A stretch of 64,000 nucleotides of DNA from the human T2T-CHM13v2.0 reference genome, Homo sapiens. Positions 12,391-28,785 of the stretch are shown piece by piece. A program made the position numbers and the translations under genes. Location of the stretch: the NCBI RefSeq assembly GCF_009914755.1, contig NC_060925.1; one strand, given 5' to 3'. Under the pieces are notes generated by a model. That model worked only from the letters and a program-made list of their open reading frames with translations. It was not told the origin of the DNA and did not search any database. Within the stretch, counting starts at the first letter, position 1. Every line of letters starts with the position of its first letter.

Positions 12391-13037
12391 CCCAAATCTT
12401 TTAAAAAGAGCTGCTAATAAGGAACAGAGCTGAGTGGCTTAAATTTTCTTTCCCTTTACATTTCCTTTCTGGTAGAGGTGTTAATGAGGATGGAAAGGCC
12501 CCAAGTGCACAGAGAGAAAGGAGACAAAAATGGTCTGGATAATATGAACTGTGTAGTCAACCATCAAATAAGGGAGGGCTGATTCTATCATCAGTAAGTG
12601 ACAAGCATCTACAGACAGTTTTAAAGAGCTTCTTTCTGCATAACCACGGATTGCATTGCAAGTGAGGGGAAGTGCTGAGTAACAAAGGAAGCCTGGCCTG
12701 GAAATCAGCGGACCCGGGTTGTGGTCCTGATTCCACATCCTCTCTGCACCCCAGTGACTTCACCTATATAACAGTAAGGTGGATGTGGCTACTTAAAGTA
12801 CCAAATTCTAGGATATAAAGTCTCCAAAATTTGTAACATTGGATTCTCTATACCAAATGGTGATACAATCATACCTATTTTTCAGGGTCATTTTGAAGAT
12901 TAAATTAAAAAAGGAAAATGGAAAAGGTAAATTTATGATGTGGCAATAAATGCAAGCACTTAATGTGCATTAAGTCATTTATTTCTATCAACAACCCTGC
13001 CAGATAGGAACTAATATGATCCTTATTTCACAGATAG

Positions 13038-14115
13038 TGATGCAGGATTTTTCTCGGCCACTTTGCCAACTGGAGACCTCCAGCTGGTGATGCTGCTGCC
13101 CAGGCCTCACTCAGCCCCCAATTCACTGCAGGAGATGCCCCACCTACTTGGCCTACTGGGCCATGACTTTCTTATGCTCTGGCATGGATCCTGTGGCCAC
13201 TGCAACTGAGCACTTAGCCCCTGGGTGGATGGGGTGTGTGGGCAAGTGAGTGCAGGATCCAGCCAACTGCCCCAAGGGCCGGCACAGGAGCAGGCTCTGT
13301 GTGGAGCTTGCAGCTGGACCAGGCATGTTGCAAGTGACTCCCAAGGTGGACTCCGGTGTCCAGATGAGGGGAATGCAGTGGCACACAAACAGGGAAGCCT
13401 GCAACCCTGAAGCCTCAGAGGGGTGTTACAGTGTATTAATAGCTCTTTTAGTCCTGCTCTCTGCAGCCCAGTGGGCGGAAGTGTGCTAACAGCTCTGTCA
13501 GTCCCATCACCCTACTCTAGCCCACAGCTCTGAGGCTGGCTTAGCCCTGCTGCTGCCTCCCATCATGTGGGGTGGCTGCCCTCCACTGGTGGAGGGCCAC
13601 GGTATTACGGCCTTCTTTGTACCCACATTTGGTGGGTCCTGAGTTCGTGTCCTGCATCCAAGAAGAATAAGGTTATGCTGACAAACAAAGGGTAAGGAGG
13701 GCAGATAAGAGTTTTATTGAGTAACAAAACAGCTCTCAGTGGAGAGGGGACATGAGGGTGGTCCCCCACCTGAAGTTGGGTGGTCTCTCTCTCAGAGTGG
13801 CTAGGTCCAGGGCTTTTATGGGCTCAGAATGGGGAGTACATGCTGATTGGTTTGTGAGTATGGAAAAGGCTAAAACAAAGATACTGATCAAAGGTGGGCA
13901 CGTCAGTGTAAAAAAACATTTAGAGAATGGTAGGTATATGTAAAGTGGGTGAAGGGTGGGTATCAATCAGAGGAAAGCATGCCAAACAGAAAGAGAGGTT
14001 CTTAATCTGGTCCATGGATTTGACTTGTAGCTTGGCTTTCAGGCTTTCAACTGTCTTTGGTTTGAAGGTTGAGTTTCATCAGAGACCTGCCCCTGTCTGC
14101 CTCCTGCCACTACCA
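13038..14115 (-). mobile_element. MER52-family (ERV1) solo LTR inserted in a MIR
   Basis: TGATGCAGGATTTTTCTCGGCC and TGTCTGCCTCCTGCCACTACCA are the reverse-complement MER52 termini; antisense MIR at about 12940-13037 resumes at about 14116-14225. Confidence 0.85.
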
Positions 14116-16277
14116 CTAAGTGTGTTGAGGCTTGGAGAAGTTAGTGGACATGTCTAAGTCACACATAGACTAACTGTTGGAACTGGGACTCCAGAAAAAT
14201 CTGTTTGAGCTCAAAGCCCATATTAAAATCCTTTATACAACACAGCCACTCCAATAATGTGTGTGTAGGTTTCTGGACCACAACAAATTATCAATAAATA
14301 TTATAATCCCTAGACTTTCACCCACTCTGATGAAGTATTTTAATATATGTTTATTGAGTGGATGAATAAATGAGCAAATAAATTCTATGTAACATAAAGC
14401 TATAATACTGAGATCCTAGACTTCCATGGTATAGTAAGTCCAACTACTAAGGGGACTCAAGGGCAGCTGGCTTCTCAAAGACTTGGGAGTCAGAGTATCT
14501 GTATCTATCCAAAGATGAAAGTATGGAATAGTCTCAATAAGACACAGCAACCACATTACAGCACAGAAACGCCTACAATATACCTGGGGACTAGATTCTG
14601 GCTTTAACTGAATCTAAGGAAGAAAAAACCAGAGCAGGAAAACAAAATATCTTATTTACTGGCCTTTCCTTTCTCAATGAATTCAATAAATAAATAAGAC
14701 TTGGAATTCTGATAAGGAGTTGTCCTATGTTTATATAGCCTTTAACTCCACACAGCCACGTGCAAGAGGGCCTCTTTAGAACAGGGGTGACATTTAAGGA
14801 TGAGCTAATGAGCAGCATATGTGCTTGCACACTCACCATTGAGAGAAGACAGAAACAACAGCTGAGCAGGCCCCTTCCAGAGCTATCAATATAAACTTCA
14901 CTCCCTACTCCCACCCCATAGTAATCCCAGACCTTGTGGTAATGAGAAGGGAAGGGGATTGTCTAAAAGAAAATAAGTGGGCTTCTTGGAAATAGGCATC
15001 TGTGCAAGCAGCAGCCCCTACCTCTCCCTTCTTCCTTTTTAAACCAGCTTCATCCCTCCCTGTCTTCTCTACTTCTATTGGCTAAGACCTGGGTTATGGG
15101 GTGCTAAATGTTCCTTTCTCAGTTCTCAGAACTCCCAAAACAACATACTGCGTTAATTCCAAGAGGTGAATTCTACTTCATCTACAGAACCAGCAAATGG
15201 TTTGAAAAACAAGAGACAGAAGAAAATAACATTAGAAGTTAATAAATCACTGGAGCATGAAAGGAAACTTCTCAAAATACACAGACAGACACAAGGGCAA
15301 AGGGAGGCAAGAACAAAGAGCAATGTGTGCTGTCCTCCAAGGCACAGAAGAAACAAAACGTGTTTCAAAGCTCAAGGAATGCGTTGTTCCAAATTGCTAA
15401 TCAATGCTCTATACCAACACCAGCAACTGCTAATAACAAAGAAAGAATCACCTCACTTGAGCTGTAATTACTTCTGACATGGGTCTCCAGGAGGAGTGTC
15501 AAGACTCAGGTTAGCAGCTCAGTGTGATAATAACCCAAGATTACCAGAAATTCACAATGTCTGAAGAAAAGGAGAGCTTGCAGGAAAGGAAGTGGCAATT
15601 AGAAATACTTGTCATGGTAATTGCATTGTGAATAGCAGGCATCCACTTTTCAGCAGCCAATGTAGGTTTTCTTCTGCCTGACTTTAGAAAAACATCTTCC
15701 AGGCAGGTAGAGCAGTGGAGGAACACATCAAATTTCCAGAAATAACACAGTGTGGAAAAAGTATTATTTCTGTCCAAATAATGGTGTGCTGGATAATAAA
15801 AACTGTTGAATTCCATAAGGCTGAGAATAATAACACTTGACCAACCAGGGAAGTTGCCTTAAGCCAACCAGCAGCCACCTTTTCCTCTCACTCATAGCAG
15901 TGACTTCAATCTGTGTCAACATATTGTCTTCTGACAAGACTAAAATAGCTCTCTAAGAATAGTTGAGGCTCTTCAACTTTATTCTTCAATCACTCACTTT
16001 GTCAAAACTAGGTACATCCAAAGGTCTCCATGGTGGAGCTGGCTTGAACATATGAACTGAGAACTGGTCAACCAAAGTCTCTCAGATGCTAATCCCATAA
16101 GACATGTGGGAGTCCACTCATGGACTTCAATGAATGGGGCAGTGCTTCTCTTCTGTGCTCTTCAGCAAACCATGAAGAAACCAGGAAACTGCAGACATGT
16201 ACTCAGGGTCTCCAATATTGCCTTAGAAACAGAGTTCTGCCTTAGCTCTAACACTGAATGATGATACAACTGCTATT

Positions 16278-16878
16278 AAACTTGGAGCTTGAATGAGCAT
16301 TCTAAAAAGCAATTCTGATCATGTCAATCCCAGGCCTAAAATCTGCCAGTGATTTCCCATTGCTTCTTGGACAAGCTGTCGTCCCCTTAGTATGATTTCC
16401 TTAAGGTACAAGGCCCTCCATGATCTGGCTTCTCTTCATAGAAGTCTCATAACAGCCCTGATATGCTCACATCATGTTTTTAAACTCTAGTCAGTTAATC
16501 ACAGATCTTCAGATGTGCCATGCTCTCCCAGCCTCCATACTCACATATGAGTTGTTTACTCTGAGAATCCCTTTCACTTAAGTAACGCTTAGGAATATTC
16601 CAGACTCAGGTCTGGAGTCACGTCCACTCTGAAGCCTTCCTTATTCCCACCCCTCACCCACTGCGGCCAAATCTGGCTTCAGGATCTCTTCCGTGGGCTC
16701 ACTTTGCATCTAGCACACTCCTGTGTTACAGCTATCACACCCTATGCCACTTACTTGTCTATTTCTCCCACTAGACTGTGAGCAGTATGAGGGCCAAGGC
16801 TTGCCTTTTATTCCATTTTACCCTACACCAGTTATCATAAAGAGCTCATATGCCAAGCTCAAGTTGAATGGAATCCAT
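16278..16878 (+). mobile_element. L2 3' region
   Basis: TTCTGATCATGTCA, GGCCCTCCATGATCTGGC and CCCACTAGACTGTGAGC L2 hallmarks. Confidence 0.75.
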
Positions 16879-17096
16879 AGATGAAGGAAGAAAGTTAAAT
16901 TAGATAATGAAGGGGGAACACTTGGCACATTCAGAAGCAATTAAATCTTGTAATAGGTAATGACTTTGCCAACTCTAGGCATCAGAGGCTAAATCCTGAG
17001 TCAGAAAGTACCCTCTCTGGTCAGATATCTGTACTTTTACAATATTTAAAGAGTTTTTTAAGTTGGGAATTTATGAAGGTTAAAAAGAAGGATTTA

Positions 17097-17400
<304 letters not shown>

Positions 17401-19993
17401 TTAGTGAGCACTGAAACACTCTGGAGAGGCAGTGAATTCCGATGTCCCTCTCCTGTCCCTCTCTGAAGAATTGGTGGTTAACCCTGGGCCTGACTAGACC
17501 TTCTTCAGCAGGTCCCACATGGTTGTGGCTCTACGGCTTGGTTGGGGCTGGAATGCAGTTGAGAGTTAAAACTGACTCAGTTTCTAGGAAGGTGCTGTTC
17601 TCAGCTCTGCAAAATGCTGACTGTGCCTCTATAACCCTGTGGTACTAAACCCCCACCCTCAATTTCTGTGGTTTCTCTGAGTGGCAGATTCTCTGGGAAG
17701 GCTCAGTATTCTGGGAAAGGGTTGTTTTAGAGTCTATTTGGTAAAAAGAGTCTTTTTCTGCTCAGATTCAAACTTATTTGGACCACATTTGCATAATGAC
17801 ACATTATTTCTCCCTTAACACCAGTACACATCCCCTGGGCAAGGCAATTTGAGACTTGACATTTGTTTAATTACTTGATACCGGGTGATCTTGGCTAAGG
17901 CCAAAAAGGGCCTCGGTGAGGCCGGTGACACTCCCACCACATTTGCCAGATACGATCATTAGGAAATGATTTGCATGAGAAGAAAGTGCCCTACAATGAG
18001 AGAGGGTCGGGGCTCTTGTAGTGGAGAGATAAGGGAAGTAAAGAAATAGAGAGGATCCTATGTGCAAGAGATCCAGTTGGAACCTGCCTAATATAGGCAG
18101 GAGCCAAAGCAGAAGTGAAGGAGCTGTTTTCCCAAGGATATTTCTGATACTCAAGGCACAGCAATGCTGCACCAGAGTGCAGAGGACAAAATACAACCCT
18201 GATGCACTTTATTAGCACAGTAATGTCAGGAGAGTTTGCAGGTGGGAGCATCAGGAGACAGTACCCTAGTCAGGAAAGCAGCAGCAGGGTACCTCTCTCA
18301 AGTGCCTGTGGGTAAAAGACACCATCAGGAGGCTGGATCAGGAAAATACACATGAGAGAACCATTCTTGATCATTGAGGAGACACCCCCTAGGAATGCCC
18401 AGAAATACCCAGATAGTTGGGTGGGGTGGGCAAGACCTAAAAGAGGCTGAGATGCTGCAGATGCAGATAGGGCTAATGTCTAGCACACACAAATTAGCAT
18501 TCATGACCCAGAAAAAAATTAACATCACTATCGAAAGAATTCTAGTCATACCTGTCATGTGCAAAATTATCTAAAGCACCTAGAACCATTTCTGGCATAA
18601 AGCAGGTACTAGATAAATATTATTAAGTTTGCAATTGAAGAGGGATCATAAGAAAGCATGAGAACAGGTCTGATATGCAGTCAGTACATGAACTGAAATG
18701 GCTGTACAAGTGCTTACAACCAATGTCCCTTCTGAATGATGTTGATGTTGTTGAGTTTATTCTTTTGAATATTGCCCCTGTATGAGACAATAAGAAATCT
18801 GAGATGACTCTGCCCTCCCCTCTGGTAATTGTCAAAGCAATTCTGGGCTGTTCCAAAGCCTACAGTTTCAGCTACCTGCCCTGAAACAAAAGACTCAAGG
18901 CAGTTCCCTCATTGCATTGCTTATCTCCACCCTCCCTTTACCTCCCGATCCACAAGGTACTGGTGCTAGGCACATCCAAGCCAAGTGCTCTATGGTCCTC
19001 TCTCATGGAAAGACTCAACATCTATGACTTGGGAATAACATAGCTCATCTTTTGTAGTGTTTTGTAAGTTTTGCCCTTAACGTGGGTGCCAGCCCATCTG
19101 ATAGTTGTTTTGTGAAGAGCAGGGAAGGGTGTTTTACAGCTCAGCTTCTGGGAAGCACAGATGTTACAGGCTGTGTCATGGTGAGGTGGTAAAGGCTGCA
19201 AGGAAGGTGGGAGAGCATTAATTATCTTCCTGCAGCTGTTCATTAGCCTACAGACAGCTTGTCTTGCCATTTTCAGGACTGACAGCCACACAATTCCAAA
19301 GCAAAGAAAACCAGGAGATTTGAAGGAGGAAAAGAAGAACTACCTGAAAGTTAAAATGAAAATCAATGTGCAGAACAGCTGGAGCTGCCCTATCTCAGCT
19401 TTCTGGTGCACAGGGTGATCACAGGGCCCTCTCAGCTGCCCTGAGGCTCCGTCCCAGTCAGCATAGCGGGGAGCCCCCAACATAGGCTGCAAGTGAAAAA
19501 AAAAAACTTTCAGGTGTATGGGATGAGGATGCAGGGGCAAAGCCTTCTCCTTTGTAAATTTTCACTTTCAAGTGTCGGTGAAAGAAGCTGATTCAACAGC
19601 CCTATAAACTTAAATGCTGAGTCAATTCAGGCTGAGTAGAAACACAATTCTCATCAATGATCTAAAGAGAAGCATTTCAAACCTCAATACAGTTAGCCTG
19701 CTGAGATCTCACCTGAACTCCATTTTATTTTACTCCCCACAGGGGAAATACAGATGACAGCCTGAAATACTGATAGAGCAATATTCAAATGGATCCCTGT
19801 GAGCTTTAGCCTGCCAATCCTAGCACCACGTACCTGGTTCTAGGCACAGTTAAGTCAAGACCTTCATTCTCTACATAGGGTGCACCTTTGGTCCCAGAAC
19901 CTTTGCCCAGAGCAAGTGTCCTTCTTGTTTCAAAAATGACCTCAAACTTGTACCCTTTCATGAATCCTTGAAGTCATGATGGAAAGACAAATT

Positions 19994-21234
19994 CAAGGAT
20001 TCTTTAAAAAATTCATGAAAAATGTGCATTATGAAAAAACTATGCATGGATTTTTTTAAATTGGACCAAAATAAATTCATACTAACTTGTTATAACATGT
20101 CTGAACAGAATCTAGTTTGAGGCATTAAGAAGGAGAAGACATCAGTTTGAAAAGATCCCCTATTAGAACAACATAAATTCTGCAAAAATTGAAGAGAGAA
20201 CAAACATCAAATTGATGGTGAAGCTTGGGTGAAGGAATGGTGAAATCACTGATGCTTTGCGAAGCTTATGGGGACAATGCCCCAAAGAAATCAGCAGTTT
20301 ACAAATGGATAGTGCATTTTAAGAAGGGACAAGACAATGTTGAAGATGAAGCTCACAATGGCAGAGCATTCATATCAATTTGTGAGACAAAAATAATCTT
20401 GTTTGTGTCCTAACTGAAGAGGACCAACAATTCACTGCGGCCAACACCATAACCATCTCAGTACAACTTACACAATTCTAACTGAAAAATTGAATGTGAG
20501 TAACTTTCCACTCGATAAGTGCCAAAACAATTATGCTCTGATCAGCTGCAGACATGAGCGAAGCTTTCAATGGAAATTTTAAGCAAGTGGGATCGGGATT
20601 CTGAAGCTTTTATTCAAAGCAATGTAACAGGAGACAAACTGTGGCTTTTCCAGTACAATCCTGAAGACTAAGCACAATCAAAGCAACGGCTACCAACAGG
20701 TGGAGGTCCAGTCAAAGCAAAAGTGAACCAGTCAAGAGCAAAGGTTAAGGCAACACTGTTTTGGGACACAAAGGCCAAAGAATGATAACATCTGCTTATT
20801 ATGAGAGTGTTTTGAGAAAGTTAGCCAAAGATTTATCAGAAAAACACCCAGGAAAGCTTCACCAGCAAGTCCTTCTCTACTACAACAATGCACCTGCTCA
20901 TTTCTTTCATCAAACAAGGGCAATTTTGTGAGAGTTTCTATGGGAAATCACTAGGCATCCACCTTCCAGTCCTGATTTGGCTTATCCTGGCTTCTTTTTG
21001 TTTCCTATTCTTAAAAAAACATCTTTGAAGGGCACCCATTTTTCTTCCATTAGTAATGTAAAAAAGACTGCATTGACATAAATTCCCAGGACCCTTAGTT
21101 CCTTAGGGGTGGACTAAATGGCTATTAATATTGCTTTAAAAAGTGTCATGAACTGATGGAGCTTATGTTGAGAAACTGTTTATATTTTTTATCTTTTAAT
21201 TCCACTTTTCCATGAGCCTTTTGAGGTCTTTTCA
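19994..21234 (+). mobile_element. Hsmar2 mariner DNA transposon, near full length, inactive
   Basis: Degenerate TIRs CAAGGATTCTTTAAAAAATTCATGAAAAA ... TTTTCCATGAGCCTTTTGAGGTCTTTTCA; transposase peptides YGDNAPKKSAVYKW, VTGD, NAPAH, SPDLA. Confidence 0.93.
20173..21200 (+). pseudogene. Hsmar2 transposase pseudo-ORF
   Basis: Start codon mutated to ATA (20173); stops and frameshifts; second and third catalytic Asp appear altered; ORF-track fragment 20225-20413. Confidence 0.85.
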
Positions 21235-23439
21235 TGCCTCTTCCTGCCTCAGCCTGTGCCACACACACTTGCTCCTTGTGTGTGCCACTCAAAGAGAAAC
21301 CAGAAGTATAATCCATGATGTGGTACAAATTAAGAGTCTCCCTCTGACCAAATCCAGTAACCTTAAAGCTGCAGTCTGTAATATGACCCCTGTCCAAGCC
21401 TTCAGGCAGGTGCAGCAAGAGAGAATCTCAGCCAGAAGATGGGTGAATGAAGCCCTCCCCTGGCATTTCATGGGAATTCCTGGCAGGTTAGGATATAGCC
21501 CCTACATGTCAGGTCTCATGCTGCCTCCCAGCATTGAAGATTGTCCACTCCTTGCTCATAGGTGTCAGATCCCCACTGATGAGCAATGAGCAGGGCCCTG
21601 ACCTGCCCTGCTTGCTCTCCCTTGCTGCAGCCTCATCCTACTAACTCTCCTCTCATTGCAACTATCACATTACAGATGACCACATGGTTTTACTTGCCAC
21701 ATCCTGCCCACAGAATGCCACTCACGGGCAATATTTCACAGCTGTTTCTTTGATGACCTTGTCTGTGGTCTTGATCTAAGTGCCACCACATGCCCCAGAA
21801 TGACAGAAGATATAACATAACCCAAGACAAGGGGAAATCAGAAATGCTGGCTTGTCCCTACCACCACCCCAGACCCAGGCTAAGTCATTTGAGAAAACTG
21901 ATTTTCATTTTTTTAATTCCTAGGCAAATAGATTCTTGCTTTCTTTAGTCATCAAGTTTGGCCTTTGCTAAAAGAAAAAAAAAGTTCTTCTTTGTGTCTA
22001 ACCTGAACTCTCAGCTGAAGCTTCACATCATTTCTCCCAGCATCATTCTTAGAAGCTGTGCACATTCCTCATCTTTATTAAGATTTAATGATCTAATTCA
22101 CATTTAGTCAATATGAATTAAAGGTCATTCTCTGACAAAAACACAGAGAACCAGGTATTAAAAGGCTCTCTACGTCCAGGGCCAGTCACTGGCCCACTTC
22201 TCTGGTCTCAAACTCTAATCAGAGAAGATCTGGGCTCTTGCAAAAGCCAGAGTTGATTCCTCTCCCTTTCCTCTCCTATGCTCCCTGAGTGGTAACTCAG
22301 AGCTATCCATTTTTAAATGGCTTTCTTCATTCTCAGTAGTTCCACTTTGGGCATTTTGCTATTTTTATATTATTTATATGGGTGTGATCCTTTTGTGATG
22401 ATTATCTGTGATTAATCCTCGCAGCTATGGGAAAATCAGTATAACGGCTTGTACCACATCTAACAAGAGTTGATGTCTGTGTAGCTTTTTGTGTTACGCA
22501 GCTTTGCAAGTTCACTTTAATTGACAAGAGAAAAAGAGAATATGCAATTAAAAAGGTGTTTATTATTTATTTTTTAATTTATAATTTATAGGAATTATGT
22601 ACATAGTAGACAGATAATAAGGCATGCTTTCAGTGTGATTTAATGAAGCCAGGTGGCACATCAGCAGGGCCCTAGTGCCCTCCAGCAAAGGGCTTCATGT
22701 CCTCTTCTTCCCTGGTCTCAGCTGCCATCAGACTGAAGTCACCCTCCGCCCAGTCAAAGACAAGAGAAATGAGGACATTATGCTAGTCCTAGGAATACGG
22801 TCACAGCATGGATTTCAAACTACTGTTTAAAACAGAACTGTGTCTAAATCATCGCACCACATTTCTGACAATATGAAACAGGGAGATGCCAGTTCTCCCA
22901 CTGACAGGTGCCATCACCCCAGACACTGGCAGTCAGACAAGCACAGCACAGCCCTCGAATTTAAAGGGTTAAAGGGAAGATTTACAGGACCATATTTCTT
23001 TCCCAGAAACACCAGGCAGTTCATACGTACACATTTCTCTCCACTAAGACCTAATTTTCCACCATTTCCCTTGATTTGCAGCTCCCTTTTCCCCATTTCT
23101 TTGATTTAATGCCCAATTATTTTTTGTCCCATTGCCAGTAAAACAAAATATTTCATAACTGCTTCTGTGAAGTTTTGGATACTGTTTTAAATACATGACT
23201 TACACACCTTATATTGCACAATTTAGAGGAATTTGGTGAACATCTAGATATGGATTCTGCATCTTTCTCAACAAGCTGTCCTAAGCTTGACATTTAAAAG
23301 CACCATGCCATACTTTAACACATTGCCAGCATGCTCCTGTCTTCCAGCCTCCAGCCAGCACCCTCCTCGGTGTGAAGCTGAGAGGAGGGACACTGGGACC
23401 TCATCTCTTCCAATTCCCTGGCCTCCTTTCCCTCCCCTG

Positions 23440-23630
23440 GCAGTGAGGGCTAAGCGGACAGGGAACTAGTTGGGTAGTCAAGTAATTGGCATCAAGTTCC
23501 ACACCTGCCACCAACTGACTGTGCAGCCTTGGCTGGTCACCTCACCAATTGATCCTTAGTTACCTCATGTATAAAATGAGGGGTTTGAATCAAATCCCTC
23601 CTAATTTTCTTACAGTTATAAAACTCTGGA
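23440..23630 (+). mobile_element. MIR fragment
   Basis: ACTGACTGTGCAGCCTTGG...CCTTAGTTACCTCATGTATAAAATGAGGG. Confidence 0.65.
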
Positions 23631-24226
23631 TTCCCTTCTGTGTCCTAGAAACAGGAATTAAACAACCAGACCAATGGGTCTGATTTTGGTATTTGAGGAG
23701 GGAGAAAATAAAAGATCAAGAGGCAAGGCTTCTCTACTATTAAAATCCTTTTCCCTGTTTAAGCTTCTTTTGGCCTAATTTCCACATGCATATACACAAG
23801 GACAGCAGGACAGAAAGAAATCTTACAGAATTTGTCTCCAATTTGTTTGACAAGCTCATTTCTTTTCTTGCTCATCTTGTTTTACAGTGTATTGCTCTGT
23901 TCTCAAAAGGAAAATTAACTTTGTTTTAAGAAGTATGTGTAACTTTGTGAATGCTGCGAAAATACTGGAGCCATCTGGGGTGTTCAGAAACCATTATCAC
24001 CAAACTCACTCTGGAAATGTGGTGCAGGATGTGGCCACTCAAGTCCAGGCCTATCAATAAGAAAGGAGTACTCAGTATTCACCAACCTCCTTGCCCCAGT
24101 CAGTTTCCAGGTTCTATCACATCTGATATCAGAGCCCTTGTTTGAACTCCACCATCTCCAGAGATCCACAATCCAAGGGTCCAGGGCTGGGATTGGGTTC
24201 TACAGAGGGCACTCCCTACTCGAGAC

Positions 24227-25001
24227 TGAAACCCCTTCTCAAAGATTATGACAGTGAGGGAAGTCTAGCATGGCTGACTCCACCTTGCTTCTGGCCTCAC
24301 AGGCTGGCTGTCCTCATTCATTCCTGGGCATAGGCCAAGCTAACCATGGGAGAAAATTAGTTTACACTTTAAACTTGAAGCAAGAATGAAAACAATCCCT
24401 CCCTAAAACTATCCCCCAACACTGTTCAGGGACCAAAACCTGTATATAAAACTAATGAAAAGCCACAAGATTAAGATTATGGGAGGAAAATTGCGTTTGA
24501 ATTCTACTCAAATAAAGATGTGGTTTCTATAACCCCTTACTGCTCAAGGGTCTTGTGGCCAGAGGTCACAAGATTTGTGACTTCCCCAATTGTTCCTGTA
24601 GATAACATCACTATTGTAGAACTTGAGATTGGTCTTTTGAGATGTTTTTCAGACTTTTACATTCTGTCAACTGACAAACCCCACCCAGACCTATGATTTA
24701 TGACTCAACTGGTCCTGTGGCCCCACACAGAGGTAGACTCAGCACACGAGGACCATTTTCCACACCCCTGTGATTTCATCCTCAACCAATCAGCAGCACC
24801 CATTCCCTAGCCTCCTGACTGCCAAATGTTTCATAAAAACCCTAGCCTCTGAGTTCTTAGGGAGACTAATTTGAGTAATAACTCCAGTCCTTCTGTTTGG
24901 CTAGCTCAGTGTTCATTGAACTCTTTCTCTACTGCAACACTATGTTGCAGTAGAGACAGCGAATTAGTTTTTTCTGTGCAGTGGGCAGGAAGGCAATTAC
25001 A
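24227..25001 (+). mobile_element. LTR8-family (LTR8A/8B-like) ERV1 solo LTR
   Basis: TGAAACC...AAAGATTATGACAGTGAG...GGCAATTACA; perfect 4-bp TSD AGAC at 24223-24226 and 25002-25005. Confidence 0.9.
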
Positions 25002-25202
25002 AGACAAGAACTAGAGGGACAATAAACACAGAGCAGGAAAGATGAGATTCAAACCCAAGCCCAGAAACCAAAAGGACCAGAGGCAAGGAAACCAGACACG
25101 AAGAGCTGGGTGGAGAAAGCCCAAAGAGAAATTAAAGTGAATTAGATAAGAAGATATTCATAAGGCTACCAATACAAGGAGAAACCTGAACAAATTACCA
25201 GG

Positions 25203-25940
25203 TTAAGAAAAATAAGGTTTCTTAATCCTGAGTTCTAGTTTGATTGCACTGTGGTCTGAGAGACAGTTTGTTATCATTTCTGTTCTTTTACATTTGCTGA
25301 GGAGTGCTTTACTTCCAACTATGTGGTCAATTTTGGAATAAGTGCAATGTGGTGCTGAGAAGGATGTATATTCTGTTGATTTGGGGTGGAGAGTTCTGTA
25401 GATGTCTATTAGGTCTGCTTGGTGCAGAGCTGAGTTCAATTCCTGGAAATCCTTGTTAACTTTTTGTCTTGTTGACCTGTCTAATGTTGACAGTGGGGTG
25501 TTAAAGTCTCCCATTATTATTGTGTGGGAGTCTAAGTCTCTTTGTAAGTCTCTAAGGACTTCCTTTACCAATCTGGGTGCTCCTGTATTGGGTGCATATA
25601 TATTTAGGATAGTTAGCTCTTCTTGTTGAAATGATCCCTTTACCATTATGTAATGGCCTTCTTTGTCTCTTTTGATCTTTGTTGGTTTAAAGTCTGTTTT
25701 ATCAGAGACTAGGATTGCAATCCCTGCCTTTTTTTGTTCTCCATTTTCTTGGTAGAACTTCCTCCATCCCTTTATTTTGAGCCTATGTGCATCTCTGCAC
25801 ATGAGATGGGTCTCCTGAATACAGCACACTGATGGGTCTTGACTCTTTATCCAATTTGCCAGCTTGTGTCTTTTAATTGGAGCATTTAGCCCATTTACAT
25901 TTAAGGTTAATATCATTATGTGTGAATTTGATCCTGTCAT
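25203..25940 (-). pseudogene. Open 245-aa frame: LINE-1 ORF2p endonuclease domain (aa 1-241) plus 4 flank-derived residues
   Basis: MTGSNSHI...SDHSAIKLELRIKK-PYFS*; N14, E43, Y115, D145, N147, D205 and H230 present; no promoter evidence. Confidence 0.9.
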
Positions 25941-25999
25941 TATGATGTTAGCTGGTTATTTTGCTCGTTAGTTGATGCAGTTTCTTCCTAGCATCGGTG

Positions 26000-28785
<2,786 letters not shown>

